DNA of 64,000 nt from Amoebidium appalachense (Eukaryota > Protista > Ichthyosporea): assembly GCA_963693365.1 (NCBI GenBank), contig CAVNZM010000007.1, positions 1,969,979 to 2,033,978 on the forward strand. The letters run 5' to 3'. A program made the translations under genes and the position numbers. The notes beneath the pieces were generated by a model. It had not been told where the DNA came from and ran no database searches. It saw nothing but the letters and a program-made list of their open reading frames with translations. Below, piece by piece: positions 15,861 to 29,077 of the stretch (position 1 is the first letter of the stretch; every line of letters begins with the position of its first letter).

Positions 15861-17163
15861 AAAAAAAAAAAAAAAAACTGGCATATAAGTGCCTTTTTTC
15901 GAGTGCCTCCTGACCGTGTCAGAGAAGTGTCGTCGCTACTACCCGATACCGGGGGGAAAGGGGGGGAGGGAGGGGAGGAGGAGGGGGAAGGGGGGGGGGA
16001 AGCGGGGAGAAGGGGGGGGGGGGGGGGAGAGAGAGAGAGAGAAAGGAGTAGGGGGAGGGAGAGGGAAGAGAGAGAAAGATTACCAAGACGCGGGGCACTT
16101 TGGGCACCCGTTTCCCACCATGCATCTCCCCCAAGTAGTTCCTCCTCCACTGTCATTCCACAACTTGCACCCCTCCTCCACGCAACCACAACACCCTCCC
16201 TGAAATCTGTGTTGCAAAGCGAGCCTCTGTAATCAAATTCTTCTTGAGCCGTTCGTTGGCTTTTTTGTTTGGGATCCTTTCTGTGTGGTTCCACTTGAAT
16301 ACCCACTTTTCCCGACTCAGCCCCTAATAGCATATTGTACCCCCCCCCCCCCCTCCCCTCCCCCTCCCCCCCACCCACTCACCCACCCACCCACCCACCT
16401 CTCCTTCCCCTCTCCCGCCCCCTCTCCCTCCCCCCTCCCCTCCCCCCCCCCCCCCCCCCCCCTCTATCGTTCATCACATGCTGCCCGGCCGTATGCTAGA
16501 GGCTTCGGGTAAATGAGAATGGCCCAATTCCTTAATTCAGGTGTGTTATGGCCTGAAAACATTTTTGTCCCACAAACAAGCCCAAAAAAGAAGGCTGCTT
16601 TGGAGTTTCTCAGTTGCATTGGTGCAGGTGGGTGACCTGCCCTTGTTAACCGTTGCAGACACAGTGTCTGCAAATTGGGCTTGCCATTCGGATTCACTTT
16701 CAGACTAAGGAGGCTATTAGGGCACCCCTGAAAAATGTTGCTGAATGATTGAGCCAATATTCCTGGATTCACGTGCTAAAGAAGTTGACTCAAATATAAT
16801 TCGACATTGCAATCTTGCAGCGTTACAACTTAACAGTTAAGTGATGCTGCCCAGGACCATTCAAATGGACCGATGGGCACTGACTGTCTGGTATTTGGGC
16901 AAGGAGACTCAGCCGTATACATCTGCATGGCCCGTTGATCACCTCCAACAACCAATCCCCCCCCCCGCACCCCACCCACACTCCCCCCTCCGCCTTCCCC
17001 CGTTCCCCCTCAACACAGACGTGCACACACACACACACACGCGCGCGCGTGCACACACACACACACACACGCACACACGCACCATGATGCGCATACACGC
17101 ACACATGCACACAGGCACACAGGCACACAGGCACACAGGCACACACACACGCGCGCGCGCGCG

Positions 17164-17194
<31 letters not shown>

Positions 17195-17251
17195 GTGTCT
17201 CCAAAAGATGTACACACACACGCACACACTCATCGACGCACACACTCATCG

Positions 17252-17332
<81 letters not shown>

Positions 17333-17343
17333 CAACACACACG

Positions 17344-17437
<94 letters not shown>

Positions 17438-17816
17438 GTGCACACACGACACGCATACGCACACCCACACCAGCACACGCACACACATACTCACTCACAC
17501 ACACACCGGGGGTGCGTTTTAGATACCCCAGCTCTGGGTCCACATCCAAACTGGCACATCAAGTGTGGGAGAAAAACACTTCATAACTTAGAAAAATCAC
17601 CTCAAACCAACAAAATTCCTTTATGATTACTCCCTTGGCCCCCCCCCCCCCCCCCCCCGGGGCCCGGGCCCCTCCAGCTGCCAATCCTTTTGTTTGTTTT
17701 CCATTTATTTTTATCTTAGGGCCGCAAGAAGAGCCCCCCTTTACCCCCCTCCCTCCTCCCCCCTGCACCCACCCACCCACCCTCCCAACCCTCCTTCGAG
17801 TACCCGGGTGCCGTGT

Positions 17817-18356
17817 CTGTTAAAACTCCGTAGTTGCATTGGTGCGTAAAACGGTATTCAAATCATAAGAGGAGCCGATGTGACAAATACCACACGAGTG
17901 CTCCTATGTCTTTGTATGTGTGTGTTTGTGTATGCGTGTGTTTTTTTTCTTTTGTTTTTTCTTTTTTTTGGGGGGGGGGGGGGAGGGGGGGAGGGAAGGG
18001 GGGGGGGGGGGGGGGACAAGGGGAAGACATGGATTAGATACTATGTTGATGGGTGGCTATGTGCGAGTGAATGGGTAGGAGGATTGAGGGGGAGGGAGGG
18101 TGTCAGAGAGGGGGACATGCAGGCATGATTTAGAAATAAATGGTGTGTGGGGGGCAAGGAGGGAAATGGGAGGGGGAGGGGGGGAGGGGGGGAAGGAGAG
18201 GGGGGAAGGGAGGAACCGGGAGGTTATAAATATTTGACGGTGTGTGAGACCGTGGTATCAAGCCTTCTTGATGCAGGGAAGGCGGGAGGGAAGAAGACAA
18301 TTAAAAGATACCGAGCATTCATTTGGCCAGTGTGTCCACCTACCCTTCCCCTCCAG

Positions 18357-18421
<65 letters not shown>

Positions 18422-19013
18422 CCCCCCCCCCCTGTTAAAACTCCGTAGTTGCATTGGTGCGTAAAACGGTATTCAAATCATAAGAGGAGCCGATGTGACA
18501 AATACCACACGAGTGCTCCTATGTCTTTGTATGTGTGTGTTTGTGTATGCGTGTGTTTTTTTCTTTTGTTTTTTCTTTTTTTTTGGGGGGGGGGGGGAGG
18601 GGGAGGGAGGGGGGGGGGGGGAGGGGGGGGGGGGGGGGGGGGGGACAAGGGGAAGACATGGATTAGATACTATGTTGATGGGTGGCTATGTGCGAGTGAA
18701 TGGGTAGGAGGATTGAGGGGGAGGGAGGGTGTCAGAGAGGGGGACATGCAGGCATGATTTAGAAATAAATGGTGTGTGGGGGGCAAGGAGGGAAGTGGGA
18801 GGGGGGGAGGGGGGGGGGAGGGGGGGGGGAAGGAGAGAGGGGGAGGGAGGAACCGGGAGGTTATAAATATTTGACGGTGTGTGAGACCGTGGTATCAAGC
18901 CTTCTTGATGCAGGGAAGGCGGGAGGGAAGAAGACAATTAAAAGATACCGAGCATTCATTTGGCCAGTGTGTCCACCTACCCTTCCCCTCCAGCCCCGCC
19001 CCCCCCCCCCCCC

Positions 19014-19058
<45 letters not shown>
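17817..19058. repeat. Recent ~615-bp tandem duplication, each copy ending in a poly-C tract
   Basis: ctgttaaaactccgtagttgcattgg...cccttcccctccagcccc occurs at 17817 and 18432, near-identical apart from homopolymer lengths. Confidence 0.9.
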
Positions 19059-19069
<11 letters not shown>

Positions 19070-20656
19070 AAAAAAAAAAAAAAAAAGCAAACAAACAAAG
19101 GGTTGAAATGAGCATACTCTCCCCAATCCCCCAGACCCTCACGGCCTCACCCCTACCAGACCGCCTCAAGTTGTGTCACGACTACAGTGGTGATTGACCA
19201 AAATATTCCCCCCTCCCCCCTCCCCCTCCCCCCCCCCCCCCCCCCCCCCCCCCCCAAAAGAAAATAAAAAGATAAAAAAGATTAGAAATGAAAAAATGCG
19301 GAAAGTATTGGTGGATTAGCTGCAACAGATATGCCCATTTATTATTGTAATTCTTCTCCTCCCTGCCTCGTCTCCACTTTCATGATGCTCCGCAGGGCAC
19401 CAGTTGTCAACCCCTCTCCCTAGTACCCATAACATACATCCGCAGCATGACAATAATTCAAAGTTTTAACTTTTTTAATATTTTATAGGGAGGCCAAATC
19501 GCAATAGCAGGTCAAGCACGGCCCCCCATCGGGAAGAAAAATATCACACCAAAAGTTTCCCACCACATATACGCGGCAGGTCGGTCATCACCCCTCCTCT
19601 CAGGCAAACACAGCGCCCTGTAGTATTTGGATATTATTGTGTCTTGCAGATTATGTCCGTTTTATGCGATTAGTAAGACTTTTGTTTTGCTCTTCTTTTT
19701 GATTCTTTCTGCTTAGTCCTACTCGATTCCTGATTCCTCCCTGGGGGCTCTCCTTTCCCTCTTGCCCCCCCCCCCCCCCCCCCCTCCCCCAACCCCAACC
19801 CCCATTCCTTCCCTATGTAGAGGGGGAGGTGAAAAAGGTGTAAATGTTGTGGGGGGGGGGTGTGGGGGGGGGGGGGGGGGGGGGGGCTACTTTCTCGTGC
19901 TAGGGGGAGACAAGAGGGGAAGGAGGGGGGAGGTGGGCAGATCTTGATTAGTGCCACAGGCTGTGTTCGTGAAATTTGGGATCTTGCCAAACCGTCCCGA
20001 CTTGACAGAGTTTATGTACCCCGAAAATATTTCAGTTCCACAATCAAGCGCCTGCAGCTGAAAATCCCAGTTTTCAATATATGTAGCCTAATGACAGAAG
20101 TGGTAGTGGGTGACCAGCCATGTTGAACTTTGCAGGTAGATGATGACTGCAACGGCTGCTTGCAAATTCCACAGAGTGGCATTTTGCATTGGCATAATGG
20201 GGCGCCCGTGAGGAGTTGCAGAAAAGTCATTCAACCCCAAAGTGGTCGTTGCAAACATACTACGGTGAACTGTGTTCCACAAGTTTAATAAGAATGGATG
20301 GAAGGGCTTCATAGCGCAATGGCCAAGTGACATCTGTTGCAGAATCGACCACAGTTTTTTTGTTTCTCAGTTTTTCCTCCCCTTTTTAGGGGGGGAGAGG
20401 GAGAGGGGAGGGGGAGGGGGGGGGGGGGGGGGGGGGGGCTTTACAGACCCTGCCTCCATATCTCCCACCCGCTAATGAGTACATCATCCCCCACCTCCCC
20501 TTCCACTCTACAACTGTGTTCCCCACCAGGCCGTCTACCACCCTCCTCCTTCCCACCCCTCTCCGTCGACCTCAGCCTAATGGCGCGTTCAAATTTTACC
20601 CACATCATACAGGTGTGCTGTCATGTGCGCTTTGAAATGTGCTAAATGCGTGGGTG

Positions 20657-20748
<92 letters not shown>

Positions 20749-21801
20749 CGCGCGCGCGCGTGCCACGGTGCGTGTGCGTGTGCGTTTGCGTGTGTGTGCG
20801 TGTGTGTGTGCGCGTGTGTGCCTGTGTCCCATGTGTACATGTATGTGTTTTGGCGTTTTGGTAATTTTTTGGAGACTGAGGGGGGAGAGTACCGAAAACA
20901 GTTTGGGCTTCTGGGAACAGTCAAACGCTATCATCAAAGGGAATTATGGCCCGTACTGGGGGGGGGTGGGTTGGGGCGGGTGGTGGTGGCGCGGGATTGG
21001 AAGGAAGGCTGGGGCGGAAGGGGGGCAGACGGGGCTAATTAAGACTCTTCGAAATTTTGGGCACACCTTAAGGTTGTCCACCACCTTGCCCCAACAATCC
21101 CCCAACACCTTTCCACACCTCCCTCACTGACAGCCAAACACAACACGTGCACCCTTCCTGAAACTGGTGTTGCAAAATCAGCCGCCATCTACTGTAGTAT
21201 GTCATTAGTTTGGCCACCTTTTTTTGTTCTTGCGGTCCTTTCACGTGGTTCCACTTAAATTCCTGCTTTTCCTCCCCTCCCCTCCCTCTACCATTCATCT
21301 TGTGCTGACTAACCGTGTTCTAGAGTCTTCAGCCCGTGAGAGCCTGACAAAAATAACAATTTCGAAGTTTTCTCCATGGCCTGAAAAGTGTTTAGGTCCC
21401 ACAAACAAGCGCCAAAAGTTGCCTGTCACACCATTTTCTCTGTCGCATTATTGCGGGTGGGTGGCCTCCTCTTTTTAAACCGTTGCAGACAGATTGCATT
21501 GTGGCTGGAGGCTTTTGAGTGAGATCTTGCACGTCTTTTTGACTATTAGGTCACCCCTGAAGGAAGTTGTTGGATTATTGAGCCATATCATGGGCCAAGG
21601 CCTCCTTTATACTAACATAAGAGGCCTTGGCCATATCCCTCGTTTGTTTCAAAGAAACCGATTAAGAAAAATCCTACTTTGCAAAAATAGGTGCAGCGTT
21701 ACTAACTTAACAGCTAAGTGATGCTAGACCCAGGACCATTCAAGTCAGGTGATTAATGATTTGCCTGCTTTGCCCTCTCTCCTCTCAAAACACACACACA
21801 T

Positions 21802-21832
<31 letters not shown>

Positions 21833-21836
21833 CACA

Positions 21837-21872
<36 letters not shown>

Positions 21873-23692
21873 CAAACGGTGACACAACACACATTCGCAT
21901 GTGACTTTGTGTGTGACTTTGTGCGCCTGTGTGTGTGTGTGTGTGTGTGGGTGTGTGTATGTGTAGGGGAGGGGGGGGGGGTGGGGGGGGGGTGGGGGGG
22001 GGGGGGGGGGGGGGGGGGAGGGAAAGACGACTTGGGTCTTTGGGGACCTTTATATGCTCAGGGGACGTATCACTGTTACTTCGCTGTACCGGGGAGGAGG
22101 GAGGGGGGAGGAGGGGGGGGGGCCGAGGGGATGGGGGGAGGAAAGTGAGAAAGAGGGAAAAGGAGAGGAGAGAGGGAATTGTCAAGTTTGGGAAGCATTA
22201 AGCACCCCTTTCCCACCCCCTCGCCCAAATATATCCCCCTACACCGTCAATAAACAATGTACTTTCCTTTTTCAGACAAACACAACGCCCCCCACGAAGG
22301 CCGTGATGCAGATTGAGTCCTGCCCGATCATGTGAGTGTGCAGGCTATGATTCAGAAGTCTTCCACTCTGCATTATTCAACTGAGGAACCTTCAGTGATT
22401 GGTTCCACTTGAAACCCTACTTGTCTAAAATATCTGTGTCAAAGATTTGTAAACCCCCCCCCCCCCCCCTCCTCCCCTCCTCCCCTTCTCTCTCTATGTC
22501 TCTCTCTCTCACCAAGCGGAAGGTGTAAGATTCGGACCACTGCATGTCCACTGAATTAATTAAGGTCATCCCCTGAATTCATGAAACTGTTGCAGAATGA
22601 TTGATCAGCGAATGTTCCTGGGAGGAGGTTTAATATTCCACCGTGCCCATAGTAAGTGTTCCAGGAATATCCCGGGGTGTACTTTCATTATAAGTTTAGA
22701 GTAGCAAATTGCGCACTTTTCTACCGTTAAGACCTAATATGCGATTTTTGTACACAAGGCTTCCACACACATGTGCACACTTGCACGGTACCCCTCACCT
22801 CCAATCAACCCCCCCCCCCTCCCTCCCCTCTTTCTCTCCCCCTGACATGTGTGCGCGTGCGCACACGTGCACACATACACCCGCACTCACACGCACACGC
22901 ACGCACGCAGACACACGCGCATGCACGCACAGGCGCACACGCACACGCACACGCGTAGGCGCATTCGCAACACACACACACACACACACCCACAAAACCA
23001 CACACACACACACACACACCCCCACACACACACGCACCTCGGGAGCTCCATTCTTTCTGACTCTTTTTGACTACGCCAGCTGTAGTGTCCACATCCAACC
23101 CGAATTGCCTCCTTCGAGTGGCTCTTTACCGTGCCTATAATTGCGACTTCGTAGTTGCATTTGTGAAAAAAACGTCTTTGAAGTTATAAGAGGAGCCAGT
23201 GCTAATACTGCACGAGTGTTCCTATGCCTTGGGGGCGGAGGGGGAGGGGAGGGGAAGGGGGGGGGGGGGGGGGGGGGGGAGGGGGGGGGGAGGGGGGGAG
23301 GGAAAGGGGGGGGGAGGGAAAGAGGATAAAGGAGGGGAAATCCAAATTGTGTTACATAAGAGCGGGTAGGGGTTGTCACGGCCCATATCGGCAACAAAAT
23401 ATTCACTCCCATTAAATTTCCCACCACGGGCCCTACACGGTAGGCCCTCCCACATGTACGTCGTCACCACCCCTCCTTTCAGGCAAACACAGCACCCTGT
23501 GTACTTGGAGCCCGTGTTGCAGATTAAGCCTATCGTGTGCCTGATTACTAAGGCTTTCTTTTGCCTCTCTTTTGGATCCTTTCTGGCGTGTCTAACTTGC
23601 ATCCTCATTTCTCCCTGGGGGCTCTCCTTTTCAAATACCCCCCTCCCCCCCTCCCTCCCCCCCCCCTGTCCCCCTCATGCACACACACAGGT

Positions 23693-23736
<44 letters not shown>

Positions 23737-24812
23737 CTCTTGACTGGTGTTTGACCATGTTCATGATATTTGGGAAGTTGCCAAACTCGTCCGACTTAAT
23801 GATTAATTTCCGTACTCATCAGCATCCCGGTCCCACAATCAAGTGCCTGAAACGACTTTTCAAATTCTCCAGGCATGCTCGTCTCAAAAGTGGTGTTGGG
23901 TGACCTGCCCATGTTGACCGTTTCAGTCACTTGTACGAAGTGACTGCAGATGATCTTCCACTATGCCGAGTAGCAGCGATGCTATTACGTCCCTCATTCG
24001 CAAAAGGTCACCCCACTGAATGGTTGCAGAATAATTCGTTGCTTCCCAGTCACCTGTTGTGGACACACATAAGAACTGGAAGAATGGGCCCATTCATAGT
24101 TGCATTGCAATTGCCAAACGGTGTATGTTGGAGGATCGATCACGATATATAAGCCATCGATTTTTTTTTTCAAAGTTTAAAGATCCGTAGTACAAATCGC
24201 AGCCTGAGGATCCTTGTGACTTAGTGACTTAAACACAAGATCCCTCTCAAGAGTACGAACCAGTGACCCTCTCTGTGCCCTCGGCTGAACCCTCCCACCG
24301 AAGCTACCCTTTTTATATATATTATTTTTCGTCCCACAATCTCCTCCCCATACTAACACATGCCCCCCCCCCCCCCCCCCCTTCTCCCCTCCCCCCCCCC
24401 CCCCCCCCCCCCCCGCCCCCTCTCCCCCCCCAGTTTTCCCTTGCTGTGGCCGCCAAGACTTCAAGATGGCAATTGCCCCCCCAAAAAAATGCCACGGTCG
24501 TATTTCGTAGGTCTGGAGTCAATGTAGCTTTTTATAAGGGTTACGGCAATAATGTACATACCTGTTTTTGTTTGGGGTGAAGGGGAGCCTCAAAGGACCG
24601 GAGACCGGCACGGGGGGGGGGGGGGGGGGGGGGGGGGGAAGGAGTCTTGGGGGGGGGGGGGGGGGGGGGGGGGGAGAAGGTAGCTGTCCATACCTACTGT
24701 GTTGACTCAGAGAGGGCAGGGGTTAACATGAGAGGACTCGGGGGATTTCCTGGGTGAATCCTTGGCAGGGCGTGGAGTTTGGTGAATGGTGGTCCTCCTT
24801 TTTTTTTTTTCT

Positions 24813-24862
<50 letters not shown>

Positions 24863-24966
24863 GGATGAGGAAGAGGAGGCATGGAGCAGACATGAGTGCC
24901 GGGGTGGCTGTGTGGGTGTTTTTTTTATTTTTATTTTTAGGGATGGATGGCCGGGGGCCGGGGGCC

Positions 24967-25048
<82 letters not shown>

Positions 25049-25112
25049 GGAAGAACCGGCGTCATTCGCCGATGTGATTAAAACTGCACGAGTTTCCTGT
25101 GTCTTTTTTTTC

Positions 25113-25154
<42 letters not shown>

Positions 25155-26344
25155 TAAACGAGGGGAAGTCTAAAATGTGCTAAATCAGAGCGGGTAGGGG
25201 CTGAGCACGGCCCCCCCTAGTAGGGAAAAATAATGACACCAGTTTCTCACCAAAACCCCCCACACGGTAGGCCCTCCCACATGCACACCGTCACCACCCC
25301 TCCTCTCAGGCATACACAGCACCATATATGTATTTGGAGCCTGTGTTGCAGAATAAGAGTAAGGGACATGCCACACAGGGGTATATACACTCGACCACTG
25401 GCCCAATACACCCCACTCGGCTATAAGGTCTTCTCCATGTTGTGTTGCAGATAGTCCTCCCTTCTAGTAGCATCCGTAGCAGAAAGTGTTTCTTGTTCCA
25501 CTTGTGTTACATATGAATGCAATCAAGGCTTCTTAACGCGTGTAATGTTATTGACTGATGCACATCCCTCAGGGATAAAACACAGACAGAACACCGCAGT
25601 TCGTACTACAAACCCTTAGACGGTCACTGACAGGACCATTTGGGTGCTTAATAAGTTATCCGTGGACGCTTCGCTACCTCTAGACTCAGCTTGTGTAGAT
25701 TCATACTGACAGTATATGGACAAGCTACATTGCGCACATTTGTATACATAAACATTCATGTCCTATCCTCCCCCCCCCCTCCCCCCCCCCCCCCCCCTTC
25801 CCCCTCTTGCAGCTGCAATAAGCTTAATTAAGTCCACTATAGGCGTTCCGTCATTCACTTTGCCTTTCTTTTTGGGATTTATATTTTTCTGCATGGCCTC
25901 ACAGGAATCCCCAACATTCCGGCTCGTCTTTCCGTTTTGGCCCAAGAGCTCCCTTTCCCGCCTGATGTGCGAGGGAGTGAAGGAGAGGTGGGGGGGAAGA
26001 TGGAAACAGTCTGTATGTTAAAAAGTGTTTGTTTACGTGTGTGACACCGCGCGCGTGTGTGTTTTATTTATCATTTTCAATCAAGTTTTTTTTTTGTTTG
26101 TTTGTTGAGGGGTTGGGGGAGAGGGTTTGGGGTGGGGGGGGGGGGGGGGGGGGATGGGAGGTTGGACAGGGAGTGGGGTATTTGCTTTCCAGATACGTAT
26201 ATGTATACGTGGTCACTTGCAAGGCCATTTGGGTAGATGTCCTAATCAATCAATTAAAAACCGGACGCCAGCCGGAGAGAACTCATAAGAACGTTCCGTA
26301 GCCGTGGCTACTGCTGAATACTGACCATGATGCTCGCACTACAC

Positions 26345-27024
26345 CTATGCCTTGCAGCAGGTTTCGAGGGAGCACACGGGCAGCTTCTTGTTTGTGTAGG
26401 GCAGGCAGGGCCGGGACTCAGCAGGCCACGTGTCTGGGGGGCACTCTGTGTGTGTGGCGTAGAACCAGTCCTTGCAGTTCTTGGGCGTCGACCCGCCCTG
26501 CAGCCCGTCGCCCAAATCCCCCCAGCGCTGCCGCTTCCAGCCTCGCTCTGCCGCCGTGCACGTGTGGGCTTCTGCGGCCTGCAGCATGCATCCACCGTGC
26601 ACTTGTCGAAAAGTTCGTGGCCTACATAGCGCGCACACTTTCTGCGGGCCCAAACGTTGTAGTGGTCGGGGCAATCGCCAATGTCTGAGGCGTCCCAATC
26701 GGTACAAGTCATGACGTAGTTCTCTGTAGAAGTAGTGTTCTCCGGAGTAGATGTAGTGTTCTCTGTGTGCGTGTCGTTTGAGAGACTGTCCGAGAAGACG
26801 GGGACACAGCACTCATCCACCGTGCACTTGTCGAACACCTCGTGGCCTGCATAGCGCGCACACTTTCTGTTGCTCCAGACCCCGTGGTGGTCGGGGCAGG
26901 CGCCAACGCCCGAGGCGTCCCACTCGGTGCATGTCATGACGAAGTTTTTGGAGCTCTGTGTGCGGGGTTGGGTCGAGAGGCCCGAGGCAACAGCCAGAGC
27001 AGCGGCGAGGATAACAAACTTCAT
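26345..27024 (-). CDS. Secreted Cys-rich protein, inverted paralogue A; apparent 1-bp frameshift in a G run
   Basis: Near-identical to 28400-29077. The G6 run at 26518-26523 follows an extra GCT; one more G would restore the frame through to the shared CSLETCCKA stop at 26345. Confidence 0.7.
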
Positions 27025-28399
27025 GGCGGTGGGTTGACTGTTCGGTATTGTAAGGATGTATCAGTTGTATATAGGTAGAGTACTGAGGTCCAAGTTGAAA
27101 GGGACCCCAATTTATAGTTGCGAAGTTTTTGGTGTTTGAACCAAAAGCGGCAAATGTTCTATGTCGATCCATGGATTCGATTGGCGAAATTCCATCATCT
27201 CCAGATTCTCCACCATGCAGCCGTAGCGAAAGTAGTCCGATCGTACGCGTTTTCCCTGCCAGTATGATAATTCCTGTAGCGTGTTTCGGAATATTCCAAA
27301 TTCCCAAGTGCACGAATCGATATCACTGTGACAGAAGTTTGAGCAATATTTATTTGGATTTTCTTGCATGCGGCCAAGACAAGCCCACCGGTACCGACCG
27401 TAGCCTCCGAGCCTTCGGTCTTTTGCTGATTGGGTAAATGTCATGCAAAAAGGTTTCCATCACACAGAACGGTGGAATGTGCAGATGGCGGCAAACACAA
27501 GGCTGCGGAAAATGTGCTCCATACTTAAACAAAAAGACACGGTGGGATTTTGATGTAAACTGTTGCTTTCATTATCCCCTCACTTTGAACGTATGAATAA
27601 CCGCCCGTCCCAGCTCCCAGCTGGACTCTACGGTTGTCTCTCTCAGCGGCACCCAAGCAGCGACATTGCAGCCTATGGCGCGTGCGCATACCAGATTTAT
27701 CGCGGAATTAACGAAGGTGTTGTATTGCGTGACTCGGACCCAAAATTATCGGAAGGCCTGACAATAACTCAATTTTTTGTTAAAAACGAGCACTTATCAG
27801 ATTTATCACTGACACTATATACGCCGGCATACCTATGCCTATTCATCGATGCTGCAACCTGCGCGCCGAAGCCTTGAACGCTTGATGCCTGCCGCTCGGA
27901 GACTTGTTTGCCATAGCTCAAGGCGTTCCTCCAATCATCTGCGACTTTGCGATCTGGTAGGCCTGCTGTGTGATACTAAGCTAATGAAAAGGCTTCCATT
28001 AATTCGGGTTTCTGCAACATCAATGTTGATTGCTGACGTCGATGCGCACACGTACTCAGGTATACGTAGACGGTGGTGTGTAGGCTAACCATATCTAACA
28101 GAAAAATATATATTATATAAGTAGGTGCTAAAAGAATCGACATTCTGGTTAAGATGATGCCTCAAAACTTATAATCGAACAGCAGGCTCTGTGCTAAACC
28201 CAACTAATTAGGAACCAATCACAGGCGGTGTTTACCAATGTGTTACTGCCGATTTCGCGACAGCCCAAAACAACGTCGTCTATAAAACAGAGATCAACAT
28301 CTCCGACAGTGACCTCCGAAATCCCAGAAATCCTCAACACAGGTCAACCTCACAGCATTTATTTGAATCCGTACAATACCGAACAGTCAACCCACCGCC

Positions 28400-29077
28400 A
28401 TGAAGTTTGTTATGCTCGCCGCTGCTCTGGCTGTTGCCTCGGGCCTCTCGACCCAACCCCGCACACAGAGCTCCAAAAACTTCGTCATGACATGCACCGA
28501 GTGGGACGCCTCGGGCGTTGGCGCCTGCCCCGACCACCACGGGGTCTGGAGCAACAGAAAGTGTGCGCGCTATGCAGGCCACGAGGTGTTCGACAAGTGC
28601 ACGGTGGATGAGTGCTGTGTCCCCGTCTTCTCGGACAGTCTCTCAAACGACACGCACACAGAGAACACTACATCTACTCCGGAGAACACTACTTCTACAG
28701 AGAACTACGTCATAACTTGTACCGATTGGGACGCCTCAGACATTGGCGATTGCCCCGACCACTACGACGTTTGGGCCCGCAGAAAGTGTGCGCGCTATGT
28801 AGGCCACGAACTTTTCGACAAGTGCACGGTGGATGCATGCTGCAGGCCGCAGAAGCCCACACGTGCGCGGCGGCAGAGCAAGGCTGGAAGCGGCAGCGGG
28901 GGGGATTTGGGCGAGGGGCTGCAGGGCGGGTCGACGCCCAAGAACTGCAAGGACTGGTTCTACGCCACACACACAGAGTGCCCCCCAGACACGTGGCCTG
29001 CTGAGTCCCGGCCCTGCCTGCCCTACACAAACAAGAAGCTGCCCGTGTGCTCTCTCGAAACCTGCTGCAAGGCATAG
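28400..29077 (+). CDS. Intronless secreted Cys-rich protein (225 aa) with three 6-Cys modules, inverted paralogue B
   Basis: Kozak-like ccgccATG; signal peptide MKFVMLAAALAVASG; three C-x10-C-x11-C-x10/11-C-x4-CC modules; Thr-rich NxT linker; RARR site; TATAAAA at 28281. Confidence 0.88.
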   Translation: MKFVMLAAALAVASGLSTQPRTQSSKNFVMTCTEWDASGVGACPDHHGVWSNRKCARYAGHEVFDKCTVDECCVPVFSDSLSNDTHTENTTSTPENTTSTENYVITCTDWDASDIGDCPDHYDVWARRKCARYVGHELFDKCTVDACCRPQKPTRARRQSKAGSGSGGDLGEGLQGGSTPKNCKDWFYATHTECPPDTWPAESRPCLPYTNKKLPVCSLETCCKA

